From Psittacicella sp. (GTDB lineage: Bacteria > Pseudomonadota > Gammaproteobacteria > Enterobacterales > JAWXTV01), in contig JAWXTV010000001.1 in assembly GCA_044433245.1 (NCBI GenBank), positions 1 through 55,025 on the forward strand: a stretch of DNA of 55,025 nucleotides, written 5' to 3'. The number at the start of each line of letters is the position of its first letter. The stretch's first letter is position 1. The notes under the pieces were generated by a model, which saw nothing but the letters and a program-made list of their open reading frames with translations, searched no databases and was not told where the DNA came from. Position numbers and translations under genes: made by a program. Shown piece by piece: positions 34,262 to 43,956 of this stretch.

Positions 34262-34660
34262 ATGAAGTTAAGAGAAATAAAACAAGAAATTAGAATTGAT
34301 AAATGGCTTTGGGCTGTAAGGTTTTGTAAAACAAGATCTATTGCAACAAAATTGATAGATGGGGGACACATTAAGCTTAATTCATCTAATACTAAATCCA
34401 GCAAAAAAATATTTATAGGCTCTATTATAGAAGTTAAGACAAAAGATTTTTATAAAGAGGTAAGGGTTATCAAATTAATAGAAAAAAGAGTTTCTTATCA
34501 AGAAAGTATATTATGTTTTGAGGAAACTAAAGAGAGTGTAGAGAAAAATAATTTAATATTAAGTAATAAAAAGTTAAAAATAGATATAATAACTAAAAAA
34601 CCTACAAAGAAAGAGCGTAGGGATCTTGAAAATTTTAAAAAAAGAAGGATGTATGAATAA
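34262..34660 (+). CDS. hslR: ribosome-associated heat shock protein Hsp15 (S4 domain)
   Basis: 132 aa. RIDKWLWAVRFCKTRS, ETKESVEK and KKERRDLENFK match E. coli HslR. Confidence 0.9.
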   Translation: MKLREIKQEIRIDKWLWAVRFCKTRSIATKLIDGGHIKLNSSNTKSSKKIFIGSIIEVKTKDFYKEVRVIKLIEKRVSYQESILCFEETKESVEKNNLILSNKKLKIDIITKKPTKKERRDLENFKKRRMYE

Positions 34661-35561
34661 TATTACTAATGAAATTAGAAGCTTTTTATTTAAAGATAGC
34701 AATATAAACGGAAGAGCTGTAAGATTAAGCAGTCTTTTTGATGAATTGATAATTGATAGAAATTTTCCAGAGATTGTAAAATCAAAACTTTTAGAACTTC
34801 TTGTTTTAAGTTCCCTTATTTCATCAACTCTAAAGTTTGAAGGGGATATGACAATTCAAATTCAAGGGACTGGTCCTTTAAATATGCTTGTTGTAAATGG
34901 AACTAATAACTATGAGTATAGAGCTAGTGCAAGGTATATAACAGATGAAGATGTAAATGATCAAAATCCAATAAGTATTGATCAAATAACAAATAAATCT
35001 TCTTTGCATGAAATTTTTGGAAGTGATGCTCTTCTTGTTATATCAGTTTTACCTAAAGATGGTAGACGATATCAAAGTTTTGTACAGCTTGATAATATAA
35101 GTCTTACGAGCTCTGTTGAGAATTACTATAAAACTTCAGAGCAGATAGATACAAAATTTATTATAAAAACAAGTTTTGAGGGAAGGTATGCTTTTGGAAT
35201 AATGATTCAAGCTATGCCTAGAACATTTGAGCATTTGGTGGATATAGATTTAGAGGAGCTTTATATTTTATCTGAAACTATAAAAGAAGATGAAATCTTA
35301 ACTCTTGATATACAAACTATTTTATATAGATTGTTTAATGAACATGATTTCTATCTTTATGAGTCAAATAAGTTAAAATCATATTGCACTTGCTCAAGGG
35401 AAAAATCTTTAAATACATTAAATTTATTTCCTTATGAAGAGCTCCTAGAAATACTTGAGGAATCAAATGGAGATATATCTATGACTTGTGAATATTGTGA
35501 TAAAAAATATAGCTTTTCTTTAGATGATATAAACACTTTAAAAAATATTATTACTAATTAA
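34653..35561 (+). CDS. hslO: redox-regulated chaperone Hsp33
   Basis: The C-terminal Zn centre is CTCSREK ... CEYCDKKY. The start was set at the ATG with a GAAGGA Shine-Dalgarno, overlapping the hslR stop; the track uses an upstream TTG at 34626. Confidence 0.9.
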   Translation: MNNITNEIRSFLFKDSNINGRAVRLSSLFDELIIDRNFPEIVKSKLLELLVLSSLISSTLKFEGDMTIQIQGTGPLNMLVVNGTNNYEYRASARYITDEDVNDQNPISIDQITNKSSLHEIFGSDALLVISVLPKDGRRYQSFVQLDNISLTSSVENYYKTSEQIDTKFIIKTSFEGRYAFGIMIQAMPRTFEHLVDIDLEELYILSETIKEDEILTLDIQTILYRLFNEHDFYLYESNKLKSYCTCSREKSLNTLNLFPYEELLEILEESNGDISMTCEYCDKKYSFSLDDINTLKNIITN

Positions 35562-35562
35562 T

Positions 35563-37575
35563 TTAAAAATATCCAATAGGGTCTATAATTCCTGTAATTT
35601 TGGTATTTTTTATATCATCTTTATTAAATTTATATAGGTATATATGCTTAAGAGCTTTATATATAGGAGCTCTTGAGTTGTGAAGTAAAGTGATTACTCT
35701 ATAATATTTATTTAATTTTTTTATAAATTTATCAGATTCAATAACTATTAAATCATCTTCTTGGAATTTATCTAATTCTAGTAAGATGTTTTTATATATT
35801 CTGCAGACTTTATTTTGATCAGAATTTGATATTCTAATCCTTGCTTCTCGACTAAATGGAGGAAGCATGTATTCTTTAAGCTCATTAAGTCTTGAGATGC
35901 TAAATTTATGATATCCGTTTTGAAGAAAATGAGTTAAAAACTCATTTTTAGGATGATATGTTTCTATTATAATTTCACAGTCAGCTCCAAATCTACCAGC
36001 TCTTCCAGCTACTTGTGTATAGGTTTGTGTAAAATTTTCTTGAGCTTTATAATCTTGGGAGTAAAATACATAATCCATATTAAGCATTACACATAAAGTA
36101 AGATTTGGAAGGTTGTGTCCTTTTGCAATCATTTGAGTACCAATTATAATAGAAGCTTTAAATTCTTTAATTTTATTTAGTTTCTTATTAAATTCTGAAG
36201 TTGTTAGACTTTCTTTATCAAAAACTTCTATTGGATAATTAAAAAATTTGCTTAAGTTCTCAGCAACTCTTTCAGTTCCAAATCCAACAGGAATTAGGCC
36301 ATCTTCACTTTTACATTCTGGGCATATTTTTGGAGGGTTTATAGATACTTTACAGTGAGAACATTTTAAAATATTTTTAGATTTAAAGTATTTAAGAGTT
36401 TTGTTGCAATTTAAGCAAACAGCTTTCCATGAGCACTTATGACAAAATAAAACTGGACTATAGCCTTTTTTATTGATAAAAATCATAACTTGTTTATTAT
36501 TTTTAAGATGTTTTTTTATGCTTAAAAAGCTTTCATCAGATAAACCATATTTTAGTGATTTTTGATTTAAATCAATTACTTTGTGGGTAATATTTCCTTT
36601 TGAATATACTCTTTTAGGTAGCTGAATTAATTGGTATTTAGAGTTTAAAGCATTTGATAAAGTTTGAAAGCTTGGGGTAGCACTTCCTAAAATAAGTTTT
36701 GAGTTATATATTTTCGAAGCTACTACGGCTATATTTTTTCCATTATAATTAAAATCATCATCAAATTGGTAATAAGAGCTATCATGTTCTTCATCTACTA
36801 TTATTAGATCTAGATTTGCAAAAGGAAGAAATAAAGAAGATCTTGTGCCTATAACTATATCAACTAATTTAGTTTGAATATTTAGTATAATTTCAAGTTT
36901 CTTTTTAGGTGTCACTTTAGAATGATATTTTGCAATATTTACATTAAATCTTAAGTTTAGTTTTTGTAAGAACTCATCTATAAGACCTATTTCAGGAACT
37001 AAAATTAAAACCTGTTTTGATTTTAAGATGCTATCCTCTATAAGTTTTAGATATACCTCTGTTTTTCCAGATCCTGTTACCCCTTCTAAAAGAAAAGTTC
37101 CCTCTTTTTTAGAAGAGATTTCTTTATATGCTTTTTCTTGGTGAGAAGTTAGAGTAATTTCTGATGGGTTTATAATACTTTTAGTATTTGCTTTAAGTTT
37201 GGATGGTAGATTTAGGTTAAACTGAAATTCATCTATATTTTCAAGATTTTTAAAAGCTTTTTTAAATTCAGATGAAAGATATGCTGGGATATTTCCTGAT
37301 ATTATCTGTGGAAAATTTAATAGATAGTAGTTGGAAACCCACTGTAAGATATCATAGTTTTTTTGAAAAATGGATATATTAACTTTTTTGATTATAGATT
37401 TAATTTTAAATTTTAAATTATTTTTAAGCTTAATATTATCTTCTATTACAACTCCAAGTAGGTTTTTATTTCCAAAAGGGACTATTACTAGGTCTTTTAT
37501 TTTTATATCATTATTAGCAAAATAATAAAAATCATAATCAAAATTAGTTTTTATAGCTACTTTAATAAGTTTCAT
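35563..37575 (-). CDS. priA: primosomal replication restart helicase PriA
   Basis: 670 aa with Walker A GVTGSGKTEVY, DEEH box and the Cys-rich Zn-binding insertion CHKCSWKAVCLNCNK...CSHC...CPEC. Confidence 0.94.
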   Translation of the reverse strand: MKLIKVAIKTNFDYDFYYFANNDIKIKDLVIVPFGNKNLLGVVIEDNIKLKNNLKFKIKSIIKKVNISIFQKNYDILQWVSNYYLLNFPQIISGNIPAYLSSEFKKAFKNLENIDEFQFNLNLPSKLKANTKSIINPSEITLTSHQEKAYKEISSKKEGTFLLEGVTGSGKTEVYLKLIEDSILKSKQVLILVPEIGLIDEFLQKLNLRFNVNIAKYHSKVTPKKKLEIILNIQTKLVDIVIGTRSSLFLPFANLDLIIVDEEHDSSYYQFDDDFNYNGKNIAVVASKIYNSKLILGSATPSFQTLSNALNSKYQLIQLPKRVYSKGNITHKVIDLNQKSLKYGLSDESFLSIKKHLKNNKQVMIFINKKGYSPVLFCHKCSWKAVCLNCNKTLKYFKSKNILKCSHCKVSINPPKICPECKSEDGLIPVGFGTERVAENLSKFFNYPIEVFDKESLTTSEFNKKLNKIKEFKASIIIGTQMIAKGHNLPNLTLCVMLNMDYVFYSQDYKAQENFTQTYTQVAGRAGRFGADCEIIIETYHPKNEFLTHFLQNGYHKFSISRLNELKEYMLPPFSREARIRISNSDQNKVCRIYKNILLELDKFQEDDLIVIESDKFIKKLNKYYRVITLLHNSRAPIYKALKHIYLYKFNKDDIKNTKITGIIDPIGYF

Positions 37576-37723
37576 TTTGAATAATCCTTAAAAAATATGA
37601 TAAAAGTTGATATAATTATCAAAGAAATATATAATTTATAAACTATACAATATAATTAATATTTAATATACATGTGGTGTTAATTAGTTTATTTTTAATT
37701 AATAGCGACATGTGGAGATAATT

Positions 37724-37939
37724 ATGAAAGCTGGAATTCATCCAAATAAAACTTTAATTACCGCTACTTGTTCATGTGGTAATAAAATTGAGTTTAGCTC
37801 AACTTTAGGTCACGATATTTCATTAGATGTATGTGGTAAATGTCATCCATTCTATACTGGTAAACAACGTATTCTTGATACTGGAGGACGTGTTGATAAA
37901 TTCAACAAACGTTTCTCTATACCTTCTACTAAAAAATAA
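37724..37939 (+). CDS. rpmE: 50S ribosomal protein L31 (Zn-binding C+ form)
   Basis: MKAGIHPNK start with a GGAG Shine-Dalgarno 6 nt upstream. CSCG ... [10 protein letters not shown] cysteines are present. The track ORF begins 4 codons earlier at a GTG. Confidence 0.95.
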   Translation: MKAGIHPNKTLITATCSCGNKIEFSSTLGHDISLDVCGKCHPFYTGKQRILDTGGRVDKFNKRFSIPSTKK

Positions 37940-37970
37940 TTTTTGTAGCAAGTTTTATTAAGAAAATGTT

Positions 37971-38007
37971 AAAAAATTATCAGTTTAATAGCTGATAATT
38001 TTTTTTT
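37971..38007 (+). terminator. intrinsic terminator after rpmE
   Basis: Stem ATTATCAG / CTGATAAT is extended by A/T pairs, with an 8-nt loop, then a run of about 8 T. Confidence 0.7.
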
Positions 38008-38036
38008 AACATCTCTTCAAATAAGTCTATAGAAGT

Positions 38037-39332
38037 ATGAAAATTATTCTAAGAGTTATTTATATAGTTATTATATATTTAATTCAGCCTTTTTTTATTG
38101 CTCATCTCTGGAATAGAGGTCGAAAACTTCCAAACTATAGAAAAAGAATTCATGAGAGATATTCTTTTTACAATAATTTAAATTTAAAATATAAAGAATC
38201 TATTATTATTCACTGCGCTTCTGTTGGTGAGTTCCAAGCATCTATCCCATTAATTGATAAACTTTGTAATTTTTATCAGGATAAAAATATTATTTTAACT
38301 TGTGTAACTCCAACTGGCTCAGAAAGAGTTAGTTCTTATATAGAAAATTTTTATAAGAAATCCTCAAAAGATTTATGTATTAAACATGTTTATTGGCCTT
38401 ATGATCTTCAAGGTGCAACTTCTAGATTTATTAAAAGATTTAATATTAAAGCTGTTATAATATTAGAAACTGAAATTTGGCCAAATATTTTTATAAAGCT
38501 TCAAAAAAAATCTATTCCAATATTTTTAGTTAATGCTAGATTGTCTGAGAATTCTTTTAAAAATTATTTAAAAGGATCAACCTTATTTTCTTATGTTCTA
38601 AGAGATGTTTTTGTACTGGCTCAGAATAGTGAAAGTAAAAATAGATTTATTTCTTTGAAAAATTCTAGCGCTAGAGTTATAAATACTGGAAATATTAAGT
38701 ACGATATAAATCCTAGTTCTCAAATCCAAAAGTTTTTAAATTTTAAAAGTGATTTTAATTTAAATGAAAAATTTATTTTTGTGGTAGCTAGTACCCATAA
38801 AAATGAAGAAGAGTTAATTTTAAAAATGTATAAAAATCTTATAAAAGAGAATAAAAATATTTTTTTAATATTAGCTCCAAGACATCCTGATAGATTTAAA
38901 GAGGTTGAAAATTTAATTAAAGATTTAAAAATTAGTTATAGTTTAAGAACCAATTTAGAATCTTTAAATAATAAAAATATCCTTCTTTTAAATACTCTTG
39001 GGGAGCTTGTTGGGGTATATAGTGTGGCAAATCTTGCTTTAGTTTGCGGAAGCCTTTTGCCTTCAGGTGGTGGGCATAATCCAATTGAGGCCATATCAGT
39101 TGATTGTCCAGTTATAACAGGTAAATATTTTAAAAATTTTTTAGAGATCTATAAAGAGCTTTTAGATTCAAAAGCATCTTTTGCTATGGATATAGACGAG
39201 CTTTGCAAGTTTTTAAGGGTGGAAAATAAAGAAACTCTTTTAGATATGAAACAAAAATCTAAAGAGATTTATCTAAGAAATAAAGGGGCTATAGATGCCT
39301 CATATAAATTTATAATAAAGAATATAACATGA
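38037..39332 (+). CDS. waaA: 3-deoxy-D-manno-octulosonic acid (Kdo) transferase
   Basis: 431 aa. YLIQPF..WNRGRK.PNYRKR..ERY.FY, SVGE, TPTGSER, ETEIWPN, APRHPDRF and GGGHNPIEA are colinear with E. coli WaaA. It overlaps coaD by 4 nt. Confidence 0.93.
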   Translation: MKIILRVIYIVIIYLIQPFFIAHLWNRGRKLPNYRKRIHERYSFYNNLNLKYKESIIIHCASVGEFQASIPLIDKLCNFYQDKNIILTCVTPTGSERVSSYIENFYKKSSKDLCIKHVYWPYDLQGATSRFIKRFNIKAVIILETEIWPNIFIKLQKKSIPIFLVNARLSENSFKNYLKGSTLFSYVLRDVFVLAQNSESKNRFISLKNSSARVINTGNIKYDINPSSQIQKFLNFKSDFNLNEKFIFVVASTHKNEEELILKMYKNLIKENKNIFLILAPRHPDRFKEVENLIKDLKISYSLRTNLESLNNKNILLLNTLGELVGVYSVANLALVCGSLLPSGGGHNPIEAISVDCPVITGKYFKNFLEIYKELLDSKASFAMDIDELCKFLRVENKETLLDMKQKSKEIYLRNKGAIDASYKFIIKNIT

Positions 39333-39829
39333 GTATAAATATAGCTATATATCCAGGAACGTTTGATCCATTAACTTATGGGCATTTAGATGTAATAAAA
39401 AGATCTGCTAGTATTTTTAAAGAAGTTATAGTAGCTGTTGCCCAGAATCCAACTAAGAAAACTCTTTTTACCTTAGAAGAAAGATTGAGTTTTATACAGG
39501 AAGCTATAAATCCTTATAAAAATGTAAAATGTGTTAGTTTTCAAGATCTTTTAGTGAGTAGATTTAGAGATTCTGTAGTATTAGTAAGGGGTCTTAGATC
39601 TGTTGCTGATTTTGAGTATGAAATGCAATTGGCTCAACTTAATAAAAAATTATCCTTAGAATATAACTCTAAAGATGGTATAGAAACTGTATTTTTACCA
39701 CCTAGTAACTCTCTTAACTATTTGTCATCAACAATGGTAAAAGAGGTGGTTCGTCATGGTGGAAGGGTGTCTAGTTTTGTTCATGATTATATAGAGAAAT
39801 CTTTAATAAAAAAATTAAATAAAAAATAA
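39329..39829 (+). CDS. coaD: phosphopantetheine adenylyltransferase
   Basis: 166 aa. IYPGTFDPLTYGHLD, the RGLR..ADFEYE block and SSTMVKEV are present. The waaA-coaD pair is as in E. coli. Confidence 0.94.
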   Translation: MSINIAIYPGTFDPLTYGHLDVIKRSASIFKEVIVAVAQNPTKKTLFTLEERLSFIQEAINPYKNVKCVSFQDLLVSRFRDSVVLVRGLRSVADFEYEMQLAQLNKKLSLEYNSKDGIETVFLPPSNSLNYLSSTMVKEVVRHGGRVSSFVHDYIEKSLIKKLNKK

Positions 39830-39844
39830 TAAAAAGGAAATATT

Positions 39845-40168
39845 ATGAATACTTTAGAAAAAATTAAAAAACAAATTAGTGAAAACCCAGTTCTTATTTA
39901 TATGAAAGGTAGCCCTAAATTTCCAGGGTGTGGCTTTTCTGCTAGAGCATCTGAAATTTTAATTAATTGTGGAGTTTCTTTTTCTTTTGTAAATATTCTT
40001 GAACATGCAGATATAAGAAAAGAGCTTCCAGTATATGCTAATTGGCCAACTTTTCCGCAACTTTGGGTTAAAGGAGAGTTAGTTGGCGGATCTGATATTA
40101 TTCTTGAAATGTATCAAAGTGGTGAACTTCAAGAGCTTTTAGCTTTTGCAAAACCAGTTCAAGAATAA
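39845..40168 (+). CDS. grxD: monothiol glutaredoxin Grx4/GrxD
   Basis: 107 aa with the CGFS active site in KGSPKFPGCGFS and WPTFPQLWVKGELVGGSDI. Confidence 0.94.
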   Translation: MNTLEKIKKQISENPVLIYMKGSPKFPGCGFSARASEILINCGVSFSFVNILEHADIRKELPVYANWPTFPQLWVKGELVGGSDIILEMYQSGELQELLAFAKPVQE

Positions 40169-40186
40169 ATATAAAATTTATTCTTG
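40160..40186 (+). terminator. AT-rich hairpin overlapping the grxD stop (weak terminator candidate)
   Basis: An 11-bp stem CAAGAATAAAT / ATTTATTCTTG with loop ATAAA, followed by TTTA. Confidence 0.4.
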
Positions 40187-40222
40187 TTTAAAGTAAGAGT
40201 AAAAAGTAAGTGGTAATTTAAT

Positions 40223-41230
40223 ATGAGCGTTTTTAAAAGTGTTAAAAGTATTGTTCAAACTATTACAAATCTAAAATCTGAATTTTTAGATAATAATGCT
40301 TTATTTCCAAATAAAGTTAAGCTTAAAGCTTTGATTCAAGATTCAGAAAATATAGTTAACAATTCTTCAAAATCTCTTCTTAAAAGTCAAACTGAATTAA
40401 GAGATAGTTTAAGATATTTGGGTAATGATAAGCTTGAAGTTTTAGATTCAGAGTTGAAAGATTTTGTAAGTATTTTTTCACAAGTAGAAAATATTAGTTT
40501 AAATTCATGGAGCTTAAAAAATATTTTTAAGATAAAATTATCTGATAATGTAAAAGTTTCATTTAAAAAAATATTAGATGATTCATCTAAATATACTTTT
40601 TCACCAATTGAATTAAATATTAGCTCTAATGATGGATATCAAGAGGTACTTGGAGCTTATGCTAAAGATATTGTTTTTTCATCATCAAATTTAGATCTTC
40701 TTGAAAGCAATTTAAATTTAGTGTTAGCTAATGATATATCTAAAGATTTTTTAGATTGTGATTTAGAGCATAAAGAAATTAACCTTGATGCAGCTGTATC
40801 TAATAAAGAAAAAGCTGAGCAGTTTGCATTAAAGTGTGGTCTTGAAATTGAAAAAAATAAAATTATTTTAAATGCTATAGAGCTTGCAAGGCAAAATATA
40901 TTAAATTTAAGTGATCTACTTTATTATACTACTGAAGAATTAAATTGGGTTGTAAATAATCAAGGTTTTAAGTTTAAATATTATAATGCAGGTGGTAAAT
41001 ATATAGTTTTAAGAAGTTTGAAACTAGCTTCTTTAGTTGAGTTATTAATTAATATATCTATATTAGACAGAGATGGTAATTTACTTAAAGACACTTTAAG
41101 CGAATTGATTTACTTTGATAAAACTTATTTGCAAAATCCTTTATTATCATCTAAAGTTTTAGATGGGAGAAATTTAATACAAGATCTTGAATTTTCAACT
41201 CTTTATAAAAAAATAAAAGAGCAATTTTAA
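40223..41230 (+). CDS. hypothetical protein with no family recognised by eye; predicted soluble, helix-rich
   Basis: A 335-aa ORF with composition typical of the genome (Leu/Ser/Asn/Lys/Asp/Glu-rich). It has no signal peptide, TM segment or catalytic motif that I can identify. Confidence 0.6.
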   Translation: MSVFKSVKSIVQTITNLKSEFLDNNALFPNKVKLKALIQDSENIVNNSSKSLLKSQTELRDSLRYLGNDKLEVLDSELKDFVSIFSQVENISLNSWSLKNIFKIKLSDNVKVSFKKILDDSSKYTFSPIELNISSNDGYQEVLGAYAKDIVFSSSNLDLLESNLNLVLANDISKDFLDCDLEHKEINLDAAVSNKEKAEQFALKCGLEIEKNKIILNAIELARQNILNLSDLLYYTTEELNWVVNNQGFKFKYYNAGGKYIVLRSLKLASLVELLINISILDRDGNLLKDTLSELIYFDKTYLQNPLLSSKVLDGRNLIQDLEFSTLYKKIKEQF

Positions 41231-41256
41231 AATAACTTTAAATAAAGGAAAAATTT

Positions 41257-41526
41257 ATGACAGGTGTCGAGCACTATTTAGCATCTTTTTTTGGTTATGC
41301 AGCTGATGTTTTTATAATCGCTGCTTATTTAATGAAAAATATTAAATTATTAAGAATAATTGTAGCTATTGGTTGTTTGTGTTTTGTTATATACGGATGC
41401 ATAATTGGCTCTATCCCTGTAGCGATAGCCAATGGGATAGCTTGTTTTATAAATGTATATTATTTATATAAAATTTATAAAGATGAGTTTGCTAAAAAGA
41501 AGGAAGTTATCGCTAAATCTAATTAA
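41257..41526 (+). CDS. small 3-TM inner-membrane protein (function unknown; SemiSWEET/YgjV-sized)
   Basis: 89 aa with three hydrophobic segments (ASFFGYAADVFIIAAYLM, IIVAIGCLCFVIYGCIIG, IPVAIANGIACFINVYYLY) and a basic C-tail. It has an AAAGGA Shine-Dalgarno and lies 26 nt after the 335-aa ORF. Confidence 0.6.
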   Translation: MTGVEHYLASFFGYAADVFIIAAYLMKNIKLLRIIVAIGCLCFVIYGCIIGSIPVAIANGIACFINVYYLYKIYKDEFAKKKEVIAKSN

Positions 41527-41568
41527 AAATATTTAGGTAATAAAAGCTCTTATAAAAATTAGGGGCTT

Positions 41569-42381
41569 TTATATTTTTTGACAATTAGAACAGTAAAAAC
41601 TTACTCTTTGGTACTGAGTGAGCTGTTTAATTTCTGAGCTACATATATAACACTTCTTACCACCTCTTCCATAGACCATTAGGTTTTGTTTAAAATGCCC
41701 TGTATCACCATTTGGTTGAATAAAATCTTTTAGTGATGTTCCACCTTGCTTAATAGCATCTTTTAATATAGTTTTAATTTCTAAAACTAAAGTTTCAATT
41801 TTGCTATAGTCTATATCGCAAGCTTTCGAAGCTGGATGAATTTTTGCTTTAAAGAGACTTTCTGAAGCGTAAATATTGCCAATGCCTGTTACAATAGAGC
41901 TTTCCATTATGAGAGGCTTAATAGCTTTAGATTTTCTAGAAGTTATCGAGAATAAGTATTCTGGAGTAAATTTATTAGTTAGTGGTTCTAGGCCTAATTT
42001 ATCAAATAGTTTGTAATCAGCTAAATTTTTAAAAAATAACCAAGCCCCAAATCTTCTTGGATCATGGTATCTTAAAACTATATGGTTATCTAAAAATAGT
42101 TCTATATGCTCATTTGATTTTCTTTGGGTATCATCTTTATTTATAGAAATACTTCCGCTCATTCCTAAATGGATTACAATATAGCCCTTATCTAAATAAA
42201 GTATTATATATTTTGCTTTTCTTTCAAGCTTCAAAACTTTAAATGGGGTTAAGTTTATAATTTCATCACTTATTGGCCAGCGAAAATTTTTGTTAAAACA
42301 AGTAATTTTATATATAGTTTTATTTAGTAAATAAGGGGTGAGTTTTAATTTAGTAACTTCAACTTCAGGTAATTCTGGCAT
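41569..42381 (-). CDS. mutM: formamidopyrimidine-DNA glycosylase
   Basis: The start was set at the canonical MPELPEVE; the track adds 14 codons. The C-terminal zinc finger is CYICSSEI....YCSNCQK. Confidence 0.94.
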   Translation of the reverse strand: MPELPEVEVTKLKLTPYLLNKTIYKITCFNKNFRWPISDEIINLTPFKVLKLERKAKYIILYLDKGYIVIHLGMSGSISINKDDTQRKSNEHIELFLDNHIVLRYHDPRRFGAWLFFKNLADYKLFDKLGLEPLTNKFTPEYLFSITSRKSKAIKPLIMESSIVTGIGNIYASESLFKAKIHPASKACDIDYSKIETLVLEIKTILKDAIKQGGTSLKDFIQPNGDTGHFKQNLMVYGRGGKKCYICSSEIKQLTQYQRVSFYCSNCQKI

Positions 42382-42451
42382 TTTTTTATATATTAAAATA
42401 AACTTAATATACAATATTAGCATATTAAGTTTAAATAAGAGTAAGAAAATT

Positions 42452-42937
42452 ATGATAAATATAGTGCTTTATGAGCCTGAAATACCTCAAAATACAGGAA
42501 ATATTATTAGATTATGCGCTAATATAGGCGCAAAACTTCATTTAATAGAACCTTTTGGTTATATATGGGATGATAAAAAATTAAAAAGAGCGGGTCTTGA
42601 TTATCATGGATTAATTGAGCTTACTAAATATGCTAACTACCAAGACTTTTTAGATAAAGAAAAGCCAGAAGCTTTATATGCTATGACAACTAAAGGTTCC
42701 GTATCTTTATATGAGAAAAAATATGAAGATAATGTATATTTAATGTTTGGTCCAGAATCTAGAGGTCTTCCTAAAGAGGTTTTAGATTCTTTAAGTAATC
42801 GAAAAATTAGAATACCTATGGTTCAAAATAGTAGAAGTATGAATCTTTCAAACTCAGTGGCAGTAGCTGCTTTTGAAGTATGGAGACAAATGGATTTTGT
42901 AACCTTTATAGATTCTAATCCTATAAAAAATTTTTAA
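42452..42937 (+). CDS. trmL: tRNA (cytidine/uridine34-2'-O)-methyltransferase TrmL (SpoU/TrmH family)
   Basis: MINIVLYEPEIPQNTGNIIRLCAN..., LMFGPESRGLP and IRIPM...RSMNLSN are nearly colinear with E. coli TrmL. The track ORF has a 38-codon spurious N-extension that overlaps mutM. Confidence 0.92.
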   Translation: MINIVLYEPEIPQNTGNIIRLCANIGAKLHLIEPFGYIWDDKKLKRAGLDYHGLIELTKYANYQDFLDKEKPEALYAMTTKGSVSLYEKKYEDNVYLMFGPESRGLPKEVLDSLSNRKIRIPMVQNSRSMNLSNSVAVAAFEVWRQMDFVTFIDSNPIKNF

Positions 42938-43932
42938 GGCTCAACTAAGTTTTGCTGAGTTAGTAGATCATCTATTACTTCTGATATATCTTTTTCACAA
43001 TAAAGAGCTTTGTATATAGCTTCTGTAATAGGCATGGATACTCTATTTTTAAATGCCAAAGAGTATATTTCTTTGGTGTTGTAATATCCTTCAGAAACTT
43101 GTTCTATTTCTTTTATAGCATCTTTAATTTTTGTTTTTTGGCCAAGTAAAATTCCAAGTCTTCTATTTCTTGATTGATTATCAGTACATGTAAGGATAAG
43201 ATCTCCAATTCCACTCATTCCATTAAAAGTTCTTTCATGGGCCCCTAATTTTACACCAAGAGCTTTAATTTCAACAAGTCCTCTTGTTATAAGGGACGTT
43301 CTAGCATTAGCACCAAATCCTGCTCCATCTAAAATTCCTGTAGCTATAGCTATGATATTTTTAGTAGCACCACCAAGTTGTACGCCTATAGTATCATTTG
43401 TTAGATAGATACTCATATTTGGATTTTTATGAAATCTAATTTGGGTTTTTGTAGCTAACTCAAGATCTTTGGAGGCAAGGGTTATAGCAGTTGGAAGGTT
43501 TGAGGCTATTTCTTTTGCAAAAGTAGGACCTGATAAAATTCCAAATTTAATATTACCCAAAGTTTCTTCTATAACTTGCTGCATAAGCCTTCCATTAATT
43601 GGATCAATGCCTTTAGTTGTAATAACAAGATAATGATTTGAGTTAATAAAAGGTTTTAACTTTTTCAAAGTTTCATTAAAGCCAAAGCTTGGAACGGCTA
43701 TGATAATGTACTTTGAGTTTTTAAAAATAATACCTAGATTATTTTCTATAATTAACTTAGATGGAAAAATGATATTAGGTAATGAAGGGTGAGCTCTATT
43801 TTTATCTAAGATATTCATTTTATCTTTATTTCTACCCCATAAATATACTTCTTGAATGTGTGATAAAGATATAGCTAATGAAGCTCCGAAAGATCCAGAG
43901 CCAATTATTGCGCATAAATTAGAAGAGTGCAT
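42934..43932 (-). CDS. gpsA: NAD(P)H-dependent glycerol-3-phosphate dehydrogenase
   Basis: 332 aa with NAD fold IIGSGSFGASLA, GPTFAKE, the GAGFG.NA block and RNRRLG. Confidence 0.94.
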   Translation of the reverse strand: MHSSNLCAIIGSGSFGASLAISLSHIQEVYLWGRNKDKMNILDKNRAHPSLPNIIFPSKLIIENNLGIIFKNSKYIIIAVPSFGFNETLKKLKPFINSNHYLVITTKGIDPINGRLMQQVIEETLGNIKFGILSGPTFAKEIASNLPTAITLASKDLELATKTQIRFHKNPNMSIYLTNDTIGVQLGGATKNIIAIATGILDGAGFGANARTSLITRGLVEIKALGVKLGAHERTFNGMSGIGDLILTCTDNQSRNRRLGILLGQKTKIKDAIKEIEQVSEGYYNTKEIYSLAFKNRVSMPITEAIYKALYCEKDISEVIDDLLTQQNLVEP

Positions 43933-43956
43933 ATTATTTCATTACCTTAAATCTTA

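Noticed and set aside
37670-37715. Direct repeat ACATGTGG (37670-37677 and 37708-37715) upstream of rpmE, considered as a possible Zur or DnaA-type site.
   Set aside because: There are only two 8-mers. The second overlaps the Shine-Dalgarno and GTG region. There is no match to a Zur box or to the TGTGGATAA DnaA box, and this L31 is the Zn-binding C+ form that is not normally Zur-regulated. The repeat is likely chance.
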